From positions 1 through 48,021 of the IMG/VR virus record IMGVR_UViG_3300037721_000009: a stretch of 48,021 nt of DNA; one strand, written 5' to 3'. Shown here one piece after another: positions 1 through 7,580 of the stretch (position 1 is its first letter; each line of letters begins with the position of its first letter). This DNA is from a virus. The position numbers and the translations under genes are program-made. The notes under the pieces were generated by a model, which did no database searches, was not told the DNA's origin, and was given only the letters and a program-made list of their open reading frames with translations.

Positions 1-105
1 GTAGAGCTCTAGGTTCTGCTCGATTCCGCGCCTTTCTTCGTTAGCTGCACGTTTTGCTAATTGCTCCGCTTCGGTCTTTACCTTTTTGTTAGTGGCGCCT
101 TCCTG
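1..105. repeat. Exact 105-bp terminal duplication, copy 1 (= 47917..48021)
   Basis: Bases 1-105 (gtagagctctaggttctgc...gtggcgccttcctg) recur base-for-base at 47917-48021. Unique length is 47,916 bp. Confidence 0.97.
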
Positions 106-1425
106 TTTGCGCGCATTCTCAAGGTTGTAGATTTCCGCTGCAAGCTTCTGAGCCTCAGCAATCTCTTCAGGCTTGGCTGTAGCGCCGAGCTTTTGCTTAG
201 CCTGTAGCTTTGCGCGCTCAACGCCTACCAAGCGAGTAAGTTCCGCTTCTTTCTGTAAGTCGTCCAACGCCTTTTGCGAGTCGGTTTTAGGGGCGTTCTT
301 TGGCGCGGTTATCTTTAGCTTTCCAGTATCACCTTTCTGCTCTTCAACGCGGCGATCCTGTATTGCCTTGATCTCTGCGTTGTAGCCGGCAATTCGTGCC
401 TTAGTTGTTTCTGCTGTGGCGTTCAGACCATGCTTAAGCTGGGTTTCGTATTGTTGCTCTGCTGTTGCCCTGTCGCGCACAAGGTTGGCTAGCTTCTCCT
501 GATCGGTAAGCTGGCCTGATGTCAGAGCGATTCCTTTTGCTACAGCATCAAGCGCCTTTGCAAGAGCCTGAGATGCACCCGCCGCTTGGTCAATCTTAGA
601 TATTGCCACGCCCATGGAGTTGACGATTGCGTTAGAGGCATCACCGACGCTGCGAGGAACTTTACGAAATTCGGTGTTGACCTTGCCTGTCTGCTCGTAA
701 ACAGCCGTAAGCACGCGGTCAATCGTCAGCTTCCCATCAAGCATCTGCTGGCGCAGTTCGTTGAACGGAATGCCAAGGCCATCAGCAATCTTGCGGCCAA
801 GCTCCGGCATTTGCTCGATAATGCTGTTGAATTCCTCGGCTCGCAGCGTGCCGCCCGCAACCGCCTGGCTGAACTGGCGCAATGCAGCGCTGATCTCTTC
901 AGCGCTAGACCCGCCTATCTTGCCAATCTTTTGCAATGTGTCGGTCAAGCTAAGGACTTGATCGCGAGTAACGCCAAGGCTGCGCAGAGATGCAGTCAGG
1001 CTCTCCCACAGCTTGATAGTCGTTGTCAGGTCTGAGCCGCCAGCAGAAGATATCTGGATCAGCGCCGCATAGTTGGTCTTGGCATCCGTCGCGCTTGCAG
1101 ACAGTCGAGTAACGCGAGATTCAAGCAGCGTGAATTGCTCACTTAGCTTTTGCAGGTTAGTAAGCGCCTGAATGCTGACAATGCCAGCAATAGCGCCGGC
1201 CAATGGAGCCATGGCGAAGCTGAATTTAGACGATTTGGACCCGGCAGTATCCATGCTCTTGCCGAGAGTGGTCATGCTCTTAGACGAACCGGCAGCAGCT
1301 TTATCCGTCTTGCTGAATCCGGTTTGCAGGTTGTCGAGCTGCTTGTTTACAGCGCCGGTTCCAGATACTACCTTTTGGGTTTCGATATCGACGGTGTACT
1401 GAATTCCGCCCGCATTTATAGTCAT
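1..1425 (-). CDS. Tape measure protein, N-terminal part (475 codons; leaves the window at base 1 and continues at 47916)
   Basis: The minus frame is open from ATG 1425..1423 (ATGA overlap with the upstream stop, SD aggtga) to the window edge. Hand translation MTINAGGIQYTVDIETQKV...GGTLRAEEFNSIIEQMPELGRKIADGLG... is typical tape-measure sequence. It is absent from the ORF track because there is no stop before the edge. Confidence 0.85.
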   Translation of the reverse strand, partial: MTINAGGIQYTVDIETQKVVSGTGAVNKQLDNLQTGFSKTDKAAAGSSKSMTTLGKSMDTAGSKSSKFSFAMAPLAGAIAGIVSIQALTNLQKLSEQFTLLESRVTRLSASATDAKTNYAALIQISSAGGSDLTTTIKLWESLTASLRSLGVTRDQVLSLTDTLQKIGKIGGSSAEEISAALRQFSQAVAGGTLRAEEFNSIIEQMPELGRKIADGLGIPFNELRQQMLDGKLTIDRVLTAVYEQTGKVNTEFRKVPRSVGDASNAIVNSMGVAISKIDQAAGASQALAKALDAVAKGIALTSGQLTDQEKLANLVRDRATAEQQYETQLKHGLNATAETTKARIAGYNAEIKAIQDRRVEEQKGDTGKLKITAPKNAPKTDSQKALDDLQKEAELTRLVGVERAKLQAKQKLGATAKPEEIAEAQKLAAEIYNLENARKQEGATNKKVKTEAEQLAKRAANEERRGIEQNLELY

Positions 1426-2045
1426 TTCTTCACCTGATGCTTACGCAATCTGTTAATCTCAGCGAGCCGCGACATTGCTTCGTCGTGTTCGTCAAGGCTT
1501 GGGAGCGTTTCGGGCTTGCCAAATTTGGATTGCATGGCGCCAGAGAATTCGGTCATGGTCAGATTCCAGGCCTCGGCAGTTGACATGCCTAGATGCGCGA
1601 CGGCTTGGGATACAAAGTCGCGGGCCTTGAATTCTGGCGTGAATTCTTCCACCGGCTTGGCCGGCAGACCTTCAGGCGCTAAACCGATAACGCCGTGGCG
1701 CATCAGTGAGCGCGCAAGGTGAACCATGTCCGAGGCTGGCATGATCCCCATAACGAACGAGCCCCAGCGTGTACCCATATGGCCCAGCAAAGGCGCTGCG
1801 TCGTCTTCACAGCACGTCAATAGAACGTCATACGCCGTAGCCATGACTTCTCGCTCCCACGCCCTGTACGACTCCACAGGCCATATAGGATTGATCTTTG
1901 GCGAAGAAAACAGGATGGCGAATTTCTCCACGATCTCGGCTGGCGAACCTAGAGAATCCATGGCAGAAAGGCTTGGGCGGAACAGCCAGTCTCGGTCGCC
2001 TGCGCTAACCCCGATTTCCCCAATTGACGTGATGGGCTTGCGCAT
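1422..2045 (-). CDS. Putative tail assembly chaperone (207 aa)
   Basis: Track ORF. It lies immediately upstream of, and is translationally coupled (ATGA) to, the tape measure gene. The assignment rests on position only. Confidence 0.5.
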   Translation of the reverse strand: MRKPITSIGEIGVSAGDRDWLFRPSLSAMDSLGSPAEIVEKFAILFSSPKINPIWPVESYRAWEREVMATAYDVLLTCCEDDAAPLLGHMGTRWGSFVMGIMPASDMVHLARSLMRHGVIGLAPEGLPAKPVEEFTPEFKARDFVSQAVAHLGMSTAEAWNLTMTEFSGAMQSKFGKPETLPSLDEHDEAMSRLAEINRLRKHQVKK

Positions 2046-2073
2046 TTTCGTGCGTCCATAAAAATAGTGGTTT

Positions 2074-2082
2074 ATTTTATCA
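2074..2082 (-). promoter_or_regulatory. Extended -10 promoter TGaTAAAAT (minus strand) upstream of the chaperone/tape-measure genes
   Basis: The reverse complement of attttatca is TGATAAAAT. It sits about 22 nt of leader upstream of ATG 2045 and downstream of the major-tail terminator. It is one of 5 copies of TGnTAAAAT on this strand. Confidence 0.55.
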
Positions 2083-2090
2083 TGTGGGGG

Positions 2091-2119
2091 TTGACGAGCC
2101 CTGAGCGCCGGTCTAATCT
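2091..2119 (+). promoter_or_regulatory. Sigma70-like promoter TTGACG-17-TAATCT (plus strand) for the tail-operon moron
   Basis: -35 TTGACG at 2091-2096, 17-nt spacer, -10 TAATCT at 2114-2119. An SD (ggag) and ATG 2154 follow. Confidence 0.5.
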
Positions 2120-2153
2120 CTGTTTAACGAAACGAACAACGGAGTAAGACGAA

Positions 2154-2312
2154 ATGAGCAAGCAACTGAAACCCGGCCTGACCATCGACACCCACACCCC
2201 TGCATACGGCTTCGCAATTGGCGAAACCATCTACACCGTGTGTGACTCTGTTGGGGTCGTGTTCACTACCACCAATCCAGCAAAACTGGAGCGGTTCTAT
2301 GTTCAAGGTTGA
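2154..2312 (+). CDS. Hypothetical small protein (52 aa), moron gene 1
   Basis: Hand-found ORF below the track cutoff: MSKQLKPGLTIDTHTPAYGFAIGETIYTVCDSVGVVFTTTNPAKLERFYVQG. SD ggag lies 8 nt upstream. It is on the opposite strand to the surrounding tail genes. Confidence 0.5.
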   Translation: MSKQLKPGLTIDTHTPAYGFAIGETIYTVCDSVGVVFTTTNPAKLERFYVQG

Positions 2313-2484
2313 ATATCATGGCGCGATGACGACCGCGAAAGCGGTTTGTCATCGGTGCAAAGCTGAAGCCCCGGCGCACATCTGGTCAATGACGGATTCC
2401 ATCACGCAGTGCGTGACCCCCACCGGATGGGCTGAAAGGCTGGATGGCCGAATGCTGCGGCTTTACTGCCCAGGATGCGCATAA
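2299..2484 (+). CDS. Hypothetical Zn-ribbon-like small protein (61 aa), moron gene 2
   Basis: ATG 2299 lies within track ORF 2218..2484 and overlaps gene 1 by 14 nt. Product: MFKVEYHGAMTTAKAVCHRCKAE...RLYCPGCA (CxxC...CxxC). Confidence 0.55.
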   Translation: MFKVEYHGAMTTAKAVCHRCKAEAPAHIWSMTDSITQCVTPTGWAERLDGRMLRLYCPGCA

Positions 2485-2633
2485 CCAACCCCGCCCACCT
2501 CAAGCCCCTTAACTAGGGGCTGAGTCAGTGCAAAGACAGCACTTTTACTGCGACGAAAGCCATATGGGGTGAGTAGGTTCCATCTTCAGAGGATACGAAA
2601 ATGCGCCCGACCGGCTAAAACCGGCACAAACAA

Positions 2634-2662
2634 AAAGCCCCTCAATCGAGGGGCTTTCTTTT
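2634..2662. terminator. Bidirectional intrinsic terminator (AAAGCCCCTC-aatc-GAGGGGCTTT)
   Basis: Perfect 10-bp stem with A/T runs on both sides. It lies 12 nt past the major tail protein stop and downstream of the plus-strand moron. Confidence 0.75.
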
Positions 2663-2674
2663 AGCCTAAGAGAA

Positions 2675-3406
2675 TCAGGCCGTGACGGTAATCGTCGAGG
2701 TGTCAGACTTAGTAGGATCACTAACAGAGGTAGCGGTGATAACCACAGTGCCAGCAGCAACACCAGTAACCACGCCGCTAGCCGATACGGTGGCAGTCGC
2801 TGGCGTTGCCGAAGACCACGTCACGCTCTGAACAGCAGCAGCAGGACTAACGACAGCAGCCAGGTTAGTGACGTTGCCGACTTCGACGCTAGCAGTGGCC
2901 GGCGAAACCGAAACAGCCGAAACGGCAATCGGAGTATCTTCCACGATAACGCTAGGCAGGCCACCAGGACGACCGGTTGCGCTTGCAGTCAGGGAGTAGG
3001 TAGCGATCTCGTCGTACGGGAACTCTTGACTGAACTCGGTCAGGATGCAGAAGCCGATAACGGTGTTGATCGGGCCAGTCAGACGGATCCAGGCATACGG
3101 CTGCTCATCAGTTACAAAGTGATTGAACAGAAGTTGTTGGTTGGTCGTGGTGCCGTCGTCACGCTTGGTCACGCCATCAATCGAAACTTCGAAGGTCTTG
3201 TAGGTGATCAGAGTGTCTCGGAAGCTACCCACCGAGTCATCAGCGGTCGCGTCCACGGTATCGGCAGACATGGTGATCGACTTGTTGCGAGCCGCACCCA
3301 AAGGCAGCCAGGTAAGCGTCATAGGATCTACATCACCGCAAGCAAGTGCAAACTCAGCGAGTACGCTCTTACCTACGAATTTGGAACTTGCACAGTTAAG
3401 GGCCAC
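2675..3406 (-). CDS. Major tail protein with C-terminal Ig-like (Big_2-type) domain
   Basis: Track ORF of 243 aa. The N-terminal part resembles lambda-V/phi13-type tail tube proteins. The C-terminal ~90 aa (SVSPATASVEVGNVTNLAAVVSP...VTWSSATPATATVSASGVVTGVAAGTVVITATS) is a typical Big_2 pattern. A strong terminator follows. Confidence 0.8.
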   Translation of the reverse strand: MALNCASSKFVGKSVLAEFALACGDVDPMTLTWLPLGAARNKSITMSADTVDATADDSVGSFRDTLITYKTFEVSIDGVTKRDDGTTTNQQLLFNHFVTDEQPYAWIRLTGPINTVIGFCILTEFSQEFPYDEIATYSLTASATGRPGGLPSVIVEDTPIAVSAVSVSPATASVEVGNVTNLAAVVSPAAAVQSVTWSSATPATATVSASGVVTGVAAGTVVITATSVSDPTKSDTSTITVTA

Positions 3407-3461
3407 AAGGCACCTCCTTTGAAGTTGAAAGTACCGCCCAAAACGAGCAGATACGGATAGT

Positions 3462-3848
3462 TTAACACGTCAGTTCGAAGTTAATTTCTACCCACGGTCT
3501 GTTCGTTTCCGTGTAATACGGTCCCTGAATAGAACCTATCGGTCTGATATTGATCATGCAGCTAGTTGAAAAGTGTTCGATGGCTGCGTCAAACAGGGAC
3601 TCCGCGAACAGTTCGGCAGGCTCAGTATCACCAAGCGCCCGACCATTGGCGCGACCCGTAACGATTACGCGAATCTGCGGATACTGGATTTCGCCATTAG
3701 GCGAGCGTCCTTGGTTAGACCATACGGCTACGAACTTCTTTGCGGAATTGTTAGTCTCTTCCCACATGCCACGACTAAACGTGTACCCCGTCGCAGTCAC
3801 GTACGCTTCTAGCCAATCGCGAAACAGGTTGATAGGTGTATGGCTCAT
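3462..3848 (-). CDS. Putative tail terminator / tail completion protein (128 aa)
   Basis: Track ORF directly upstream of the major tail gene. Assignment by position and size. Confidence 0.45.
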   Translation of the reverse strand: MSHTPINLFRDWLEAYVTATGYTFSRGMWEETNNSAKKFVAVWSNQGRSPNGEIQYPQIRVIVTGRANGRALGDTEPAELFAESLFDAAIEHFSTSCMINIRPIGSIQGPYYTETNRPWVEINFELTC

Positions 3849-4261
3849 TTTAGTTTCATATGCCTTTCAATAGTGGCATCGATATCCCGGCGCGCATCTG
3901 AGTCTTCGAATGCCTTGCGCAGGAACTCGGGCTCAGCATCTGGATCCCACACGTTACCGCGTGACGGATTAGTGGCAGAGCGTGGCGTATTCGTACCCTT
4001 TAGCGTTCCCTTGGCGTCGTGTACGGCTGCTGCGTATGCGGCTGTGTAGCTTAGGCTTCCTACTACTTTGCTACCAATAGTCCAGACTTGCCTAACCTGA
4101 CTATTTATAAGGTTGCTTGTATCAATCGGCGTCATAGTTGCTGCATAGCCGGAAGCCACAATAAGAACTTCTTGTAGCGCCTTCTCTGTAAGAGTCCCCT
4201 TAATATTGCGAAGCTCTTTGGCTAGATTCTTTCTAACCTGATCAAGGCCCTTGACTGGCAT
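3845..4261 (-). CDS. Putative head-tail joining protein (HK97 gp10-like, 138 aa)
   Basis: Track ORF, overlap-coupled to its neighbours. Position and a loose gp10-like pattern (...SGYAATMTPIDTSNLINS...YAAAVHD...). Confidence 0.45.
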   Translation of the reverse strand: MPVKGLDQVRKNLAKELRNIKGTLTEKALQEVLIVASGYAATMTPIDTSNLINSQVRQVWTIGSKVVGSLSYTAAYAAAVHDAKGTLKGTNTPRSATNPSRGNVWDPDAEPEFLRKAFEDSDARRDIDATIERHMKLK

Positions 4262-4605
4262 CAGGAAGTTTCCAAGTCATATTCATCTTCATACCCAAAT
4301 GCAGACATACCATGACGCGCAATCTTGCGAATCTCTGCGGCTTGTACTGCATCCCAGGTCTGCGCGGTCGTGTCGCCGTATGCGATGCGGTCTAGGTACT
4401 GCGGACGGATATCGCCCGTGTAGTAAATGTCACGCGTTACGAACTCTGCGCCTTCAGTGTCGCGTGATTGCCTGGATACGCCTTCATGACCGCACAAGAT
4501 CAGGTAAGGGGTGCCGTATGTGACGCCACCGCCCCAATCTGAATCAGCTAGACGCGGGTATACAGTTGCCGTGTCGATCATGTACCAGGCGGACATTAAG
4601 GCCAT
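4261..4605 (-). CDS. Putative head-tail adaptor / head closure protein (114 aa)
   Basis: Track ORF within the connector gene cluster. Positional assignment. Confidence 0.4.
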   Translation of the reverse strand: MALMSAWYMIDTATVYPRLADSDWGGGVTYGTPYLILCGHEGVSRQSRDTEGAEFVTRDIYYTGDIRPQYLDRIAYGDTTAQTWDAVQAAEIRKIARHGMSAFGYEDEYDLETS

Positions 4606-4606
4606 G

Positions 4607-4792
4607 TCAATACTCCATCATGTAACAGGGATCGCCAATATCGACAAGGTCTTTGACTTCCTTTCTCTCCCTGGCGCGCTCGATTCCATTACATAGCTTC
4701 TTGATTTCTCGACCATGGCCCATGCCGCTAGCTGGGCGCCGCGACCAATAGTCATAACCTGGAGCCTTGCTACCTTTCACCGTTCTGCTCAT
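4607..4792 (-). CDS. Hypothetical small protein (61 aa)
   Basis: Start trimmed to ATG 4792, which overlaps (ATGA) the upstream stop. Track ORF is 4607..4822. Confidence 0.5.
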   Translation of the reverse strand: MSRTVKGSKAPGYDYWSRRPASGMGHGREIKKLCNGIERARERKEVKDLVDIGDPCYMMEY

Positions 4793-5178
4793 CAGCAGCA
4801 CTTCCCGCCAGTAGAAACCCAAAGGCCAGCAGTATTGCCCGTCTCAGGAATCAGCCCCCAAGTGCAGCCGGTCTTGTCCAGACCGTAGAGCAGTGAGCGA
4901 ACATTACGGAATGCATCTGCCTCATTGGTGTACCTGAAAGACTGGCTAGCGCCACTAGGTGCAGTTTGCGAACTGATATAGCGGTAAGACGCTGGCAGCG
5001 CAAGGAGTGTGAACAGGTATAGGTAAACGAGCAGGATCTTTGCCGGACTCAGGCCTTGAGCTTCAAGGCACGCCTGCACGTCAGGATCTACCTCAAGCAG
5101 CGCCTCAAGTACAAAATCGGGGGCAAGAGGTACGCCCATAGCTGTCAGAAATTCTTTGAGCTGCGCCAACGTAGGCAT
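4792..5178 (-). CDS. Putative head-tail connector protein (128 aa)
   Basis: Track ORF 4792..5187 starts at GTG. ATG 5178 has a strong SD (aggtgg, 5-nt spacing). It is the first gene after promoter copy B. Function is positional. Confidence 0.45.
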   Translation of the reverse strand: MPTLAQLKEFLTAMGVPLAPDFVLEALLEVDPDVQACLEAQGLSPAKILLVYLYLFTLLALPASYRYISSQTAPSGASQSFRYTNEADAFRNVRSLLYGLDKTGCTWGLIPETGNTAGLWVSTGGKCC

Positions 5179-5206
5179 TTTCGCCACCTGAAAAAATATT
5201 CAGCCT

Positions 5207-5215
5207 ATTTTAGCA
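5207..5215 (-). promoter_or_regulatory. Extended -10 promoter TGcTAAAAT (minus strand) upstream of the connector genes
   Basis: The reverse complement of attttagca is TGCTAAAAT. About 22 nt of leader separates it from ATG 5178. It follows the terminator at 5372-5398 (minus direction). Confidence 0.55.
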
Positions 5216-5222
5216 TGAGGGG

Positions 5223-5250
5223 TTGACGAACATATTCAGCATGCTATCTT
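5223..5250 (+). promoter_or_regulatory. Sigma70-like promoter TTGACG-16-TATCTT (plus strand)
   Basis: It is part of a 24/25-nt block nearly identical to 2073-2097 (TATTTTAkCATGwGGGGTTGACGA). Confidence 0.4.
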
Positions 5251-5256
5251 TGGGTC

Positions 5257-5398
5257 TCTTAGAGACGAAATGCTTCGATATGCAGATCATCAAGCCAGAG
5301 GATAGGATTATGTGAACCGCAAAGATGCCTCAGTTAAGGCCACGGACGTAGCCGGAGAGGATTGAAAAGTAAAAGCCCTCAATCACGAGGGCTTTTTT
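5257..5398 (+). ncRNA. Candidate ~140-nt plus-strand RNA (promoter 5223 to terminator 5372-5398), no credible ORF
   Basis: A promoter-like element and a strong plus-strand terminator (stem + TTTTTT) bracket a stretch containing only 8-11-codon ORFs. It is antisense to the minus-strand spacer upstream of the connector genes. Confidence 0.3.
5372..5398. terminator. Bidirectional intrinsic terminator (AAAGCCCTC-aatcac-GAGGGCTTT + T6)
   Basis: 9-bp stem. T6 follows on the plus strand and TTTTACTTTT on the minus strand. It overlaps the 3' end of ORF 5379..5561. Confidence 0.75.
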
Positions 5399-5561
5399 GT
5401 GTCTTTCGTTTAGGCTCCGGGCTGGCAACCTCAAGCTTCCTAACAGGCTCGTCAGGCAGCACAACGCACTTACCCTTAAGCCACTGAGGACATTCTGCCG
5501 CCTCGACTACATCGCCAGCCTCAAGGCCGTTCGCGGGGTATGTGACGCGGAATCTAGCCAT
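5379..5561 (-). CDS. Hypothetical protein (60 aa)
   Basis: Track ORF. TAATG junction with the upstream small ORF. Confidence 0.5.
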   Translation of the reverse strand: MARFRVTYPANGLEAGDVVEAAECPQWLKGKCVVLPDEPVRKLEVASPEPKRKTQKSPRD

Positions 5562-5737
5562 TACTCTTTATCCTTTGGTGGGCGACCACGGCGAGGGGCT
5601 TCGACTTCTACCGATTCAACCTCGACAGCCTTGTTGACCAGCGTTGCAGGCATCGTTTCATGCTTGACTCGTGCGCCAACCTCAAGCTCTACGCCATCAG
5701 CAAAAACGCCTTTCTCGGTAATCTCAAATTCTTTCAT
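5561..5737 (-). CDS. Hypothetical protein (58 aa)
   Basis: Hand-found ORF: MKEFEITEKGVFADGVELEVGARVKHETMPATLVNKAVEVESVEVEAPRRGRPPKDKE. SD gagga lies upstream. Confidence 0.5.
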   Translation of the reverse strand: MKEFEITEKGVFADGVELEVGARVKHETMPATLVNKAVEVESVEVEAPRRGRPPKDKE

Positions 5738-5750
5738 TTCTATTCCTCAA

Positions 5751-5775
5751 TAAAAAGGGGCCCGCTAAGGCCCCT
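5751..5775 (-). terminator. Intrinsic terminator after the major capsid gene (GGGGCC-ttagcg-GGCCCC + T5)
   Basis: A GC stem followed by TTTTT in the minus orientation, 17 nt past the capsid stop. Confidence 0.7.
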
Positions 5776-5791
5776 ATTTTAACCTAGAAGG

Positions 5792-6802
5792 TTATGCGCC
5801 CTTAACAAACTGCGCGTAACCAGCATTACCAGATGCATCACGCTTGAACTGCGGAGCTACTGCGGTCATGATCTGGAAGCTGTACTCGTCGGTGAAGTTT
5901 TTACGTTCAATCGGCATGGTGGTAACAGGCATCGCAGTCAGGATCTCCAGCACTCGGCGCTCTTTCACGACGGCGAGGATTTCGTTAACTGGGACCGAGG
6001 TCGAAGGAACGATAGCCACAACACCAGGGATAGCCATCAAGCGAGCCAGGATGGTGTTCTGAGGAGCTGCGGTAACGTAGTCGTTAACCGATGCAGCGAA
6101 CCAGTCACCATAGTTGACGTACAGGGTGGCGCCGCCGTAGTAGTTCTTGGCTTGCAGGCCAAGCAGCACTTTGGTGATAGCCGAAACCCACTGAGCGCCG
6201 GTAGCGGTTACCAGATCGAAGTTGCCGAAGTTGCCGGTAGCACGACCAGGGGCGGTACGCAGGCCGAAAATCTGAGAGCCCGCAACATTGTACTTGGCGT
6301 CACCGTTAACGATCAGGTCTTCCATTTTCTCGATGATGCGGCGGTTGCCATTGTCACGAGTAGCAGCGTCCAGATACTGCCAGCCCCCATCCTGACGAGC
6401 GGCTTCAACATCGCGCCAGCCGAAGGTGAAGGTGGTGTCGTAGATCGGAACTGGAGTGCCTTCGTAGTCGATAACTGGGGCGTCTGCCTTGGCGCGGCTA
6501 CGACCATCAATCGAACTGTTCACTTCGCCGGAGTCGGTGACTTTGGAGAAGTAGTGCAGAACCTTGCCGATTGGCACGTTGCGCTGCAAGCTCGCTAGGT
6601 CGTTGAACACTCCAAGCTGAGCACGCTGCAAGGTGATCAGGTCATTGTCGTAGGTAGCCCAGGCATCGCGAGGGATGGTATATGCGTTACCGATCAGCTC
6701 GCCCTCGCTTTCTTTCGCGAGACGTTCCTGGCGGGCATTGTGAGCGCGGCGCTTACCGAGTACGGCGGCCTCTTGCTCTTTGTTAAAAGTCAGAATAGGC
6801 AT
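5792..6802 (-). CDS. Major capsid protein (HK97-fold, encapsulin-like / DUF2184-type)
   Basis: Track ORF of 336 aa. It has an encapsulin-like pattern (...TFTFGWRDVEAARQDG...LDAATRDNGNRRIIEKMEDLIVNG...). It lies after the scaffold/protease gene and has its own terminator. Confidence 0.8.
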   Translation of the reverse strand: MPILTFNKEQEAAVLGKRRAHNARQERLAKESEGELIGNAYTIPRDAWATYDNDLITLQRAQLGVFNDLASLQRNVPIGKVLHYFSKVTDSGEVNSSIDGRSRAKADAPVIDYEGTPVPIYDTTFTFGWRDVEAARQDGGWQYLDAATRDNGNRRIIEKMEDLIVNGDAKYNVAGSQIFGLRTAPGRATGNFGNFDLVTATGAQWVSAITKVLLGLQAKNYYGGATLYVNYGDWFAASVNDYVTAAPQNTILARLMAIPGVVAIVPSTSVPVNEILAVVKERRVLEILTAMPVTTMPIERKNFTDEYSFQIMTAVAPQFKRDASGNAGYAQFVKGA

Positions 6803-7239
6803 TATGCAGGCACCACGTAAGAGTTAGCGAGAATACGGACATCACCCAAGCCGTTTGCAGCGATGGCACGGGAAGCTGCCTCGTCGAATACGGCTACAGC
6901 GACTTCACCGGTTGCGGCTGCTTTGAACTGGCCGTTAGCGATGCTCAGGACGGCGCCAGGTGCATAGGTAGCAGCAGCAAAGCGGACGTTGAACTCGTAC
7001 TGAGGAACCGGCTTGAAAGCCTCGCCAGTTTCGCCAGCAGGGATCGCAGTATCAACGGTTTCACCGATGTAGGCGCGGTTGTGGGTGATGAAGAAATCCA
7101 CTTCCGAAGTTGCAGCCAGCACGAACTGACCAGCAGTGATCGAAACCGCCAAGCCTGGCAGGGTAGATGCGGTGAACTTCAGAGTGCGCGAATCAGGCTG
7201 TGCGAGATGCACAGGACCACGCCAGATAACGTTAGCCAT
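6802..7239 (-). CDS. Head protein between scaffold and capsid genes (decoration-like; function unassigned, 145 aa)
   Basis: Track ORF, overlap-coupled on both sides. Positional assignment only. Confidence 0.4.
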   Translation of the reverse strand: MANVIWRGPVHLAQPDSRTLKFTASTLPGLAVSITAGQFVLAATSEVDFFITHNRAYIGETVDTAIPAGETGEAFKPVPQYEFNVRFAAATYAPGAVLSIANGQFKAAATGEVAVAVFDEAASRAIAANGLGDVRILANSYVVPA

Positions 7240-7580
7240 TATTTGGCCTCCTGATCAGCGGTATTCAGGCTGTAGCCTTCGAACTCGTCTTTGGCATTGG
7301 TAGCCGGAGCGCCAGGCAACAGACCGGCAGCGGTTTGAACGCTGGCGAACATTGCATCCAGGGCTTCACCGCTCAGGGCGTTTGCTACAACTTCGCCATG
7401 TACAGCGGCCACGGCAGCGCGCTTGTCTTTCAGGCCGGATTCGGCATTGGCAGTGATAGCGGCGTTAGCTGCCAATACACCTGCCTTGAGTTTTTCGTTT
7501 TCGGCCTGTACAGAAGCGAGGGAAGCATTAGTAGCCTCAAGCGCTTTGTCTACAATGGCCTGAACCTGCTCAGGGGTCAT
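7239..7580 (-). CDS. Possible nested in-frame scaffold protein (113 aa) from internal start ATG 7580
   Basis: An internal ATG is preceded by SD GAGGAA (6-7 nt spacing) exactly at the domain boundary (..NEEVD-MTPEQVQAIVDKALEA..). A TGcTAAAAT promoter motif lies ~55 nt upstream (7637-7645). Confidence 0.4.
   Translation of the reverse strand: MTPEQVQAIVDKALEATNASLASVQAENEKLKAGVLAANAAITANAESGLKDKRAAVAAVHGEVVANALSGEALDAMFASVQTAAGLLPGAPATNAKDEFEGYSLNTADQEAK

Noticed and set aside
1-105. Interpreting the 105-bp end duplication as a biological direct terminal repeat or cos region
   Set aside because: The duplication falls in the middle of the tape-measure coding sequence and preserves its reading frame, which is what an assembler overlap of a circular contig produces. 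Physical termini cannot be inferred from the sequence.
173-1437. Plus-strand track ORFs 173..385, 586..1035, 761..961, 1150..1437 and 1172..1402
   Set aside because: They lie antisense to a minus-strand frame that is open across the whole of 1..1425 and translates to typical tape-measure sequence. They are shadow ORFs.
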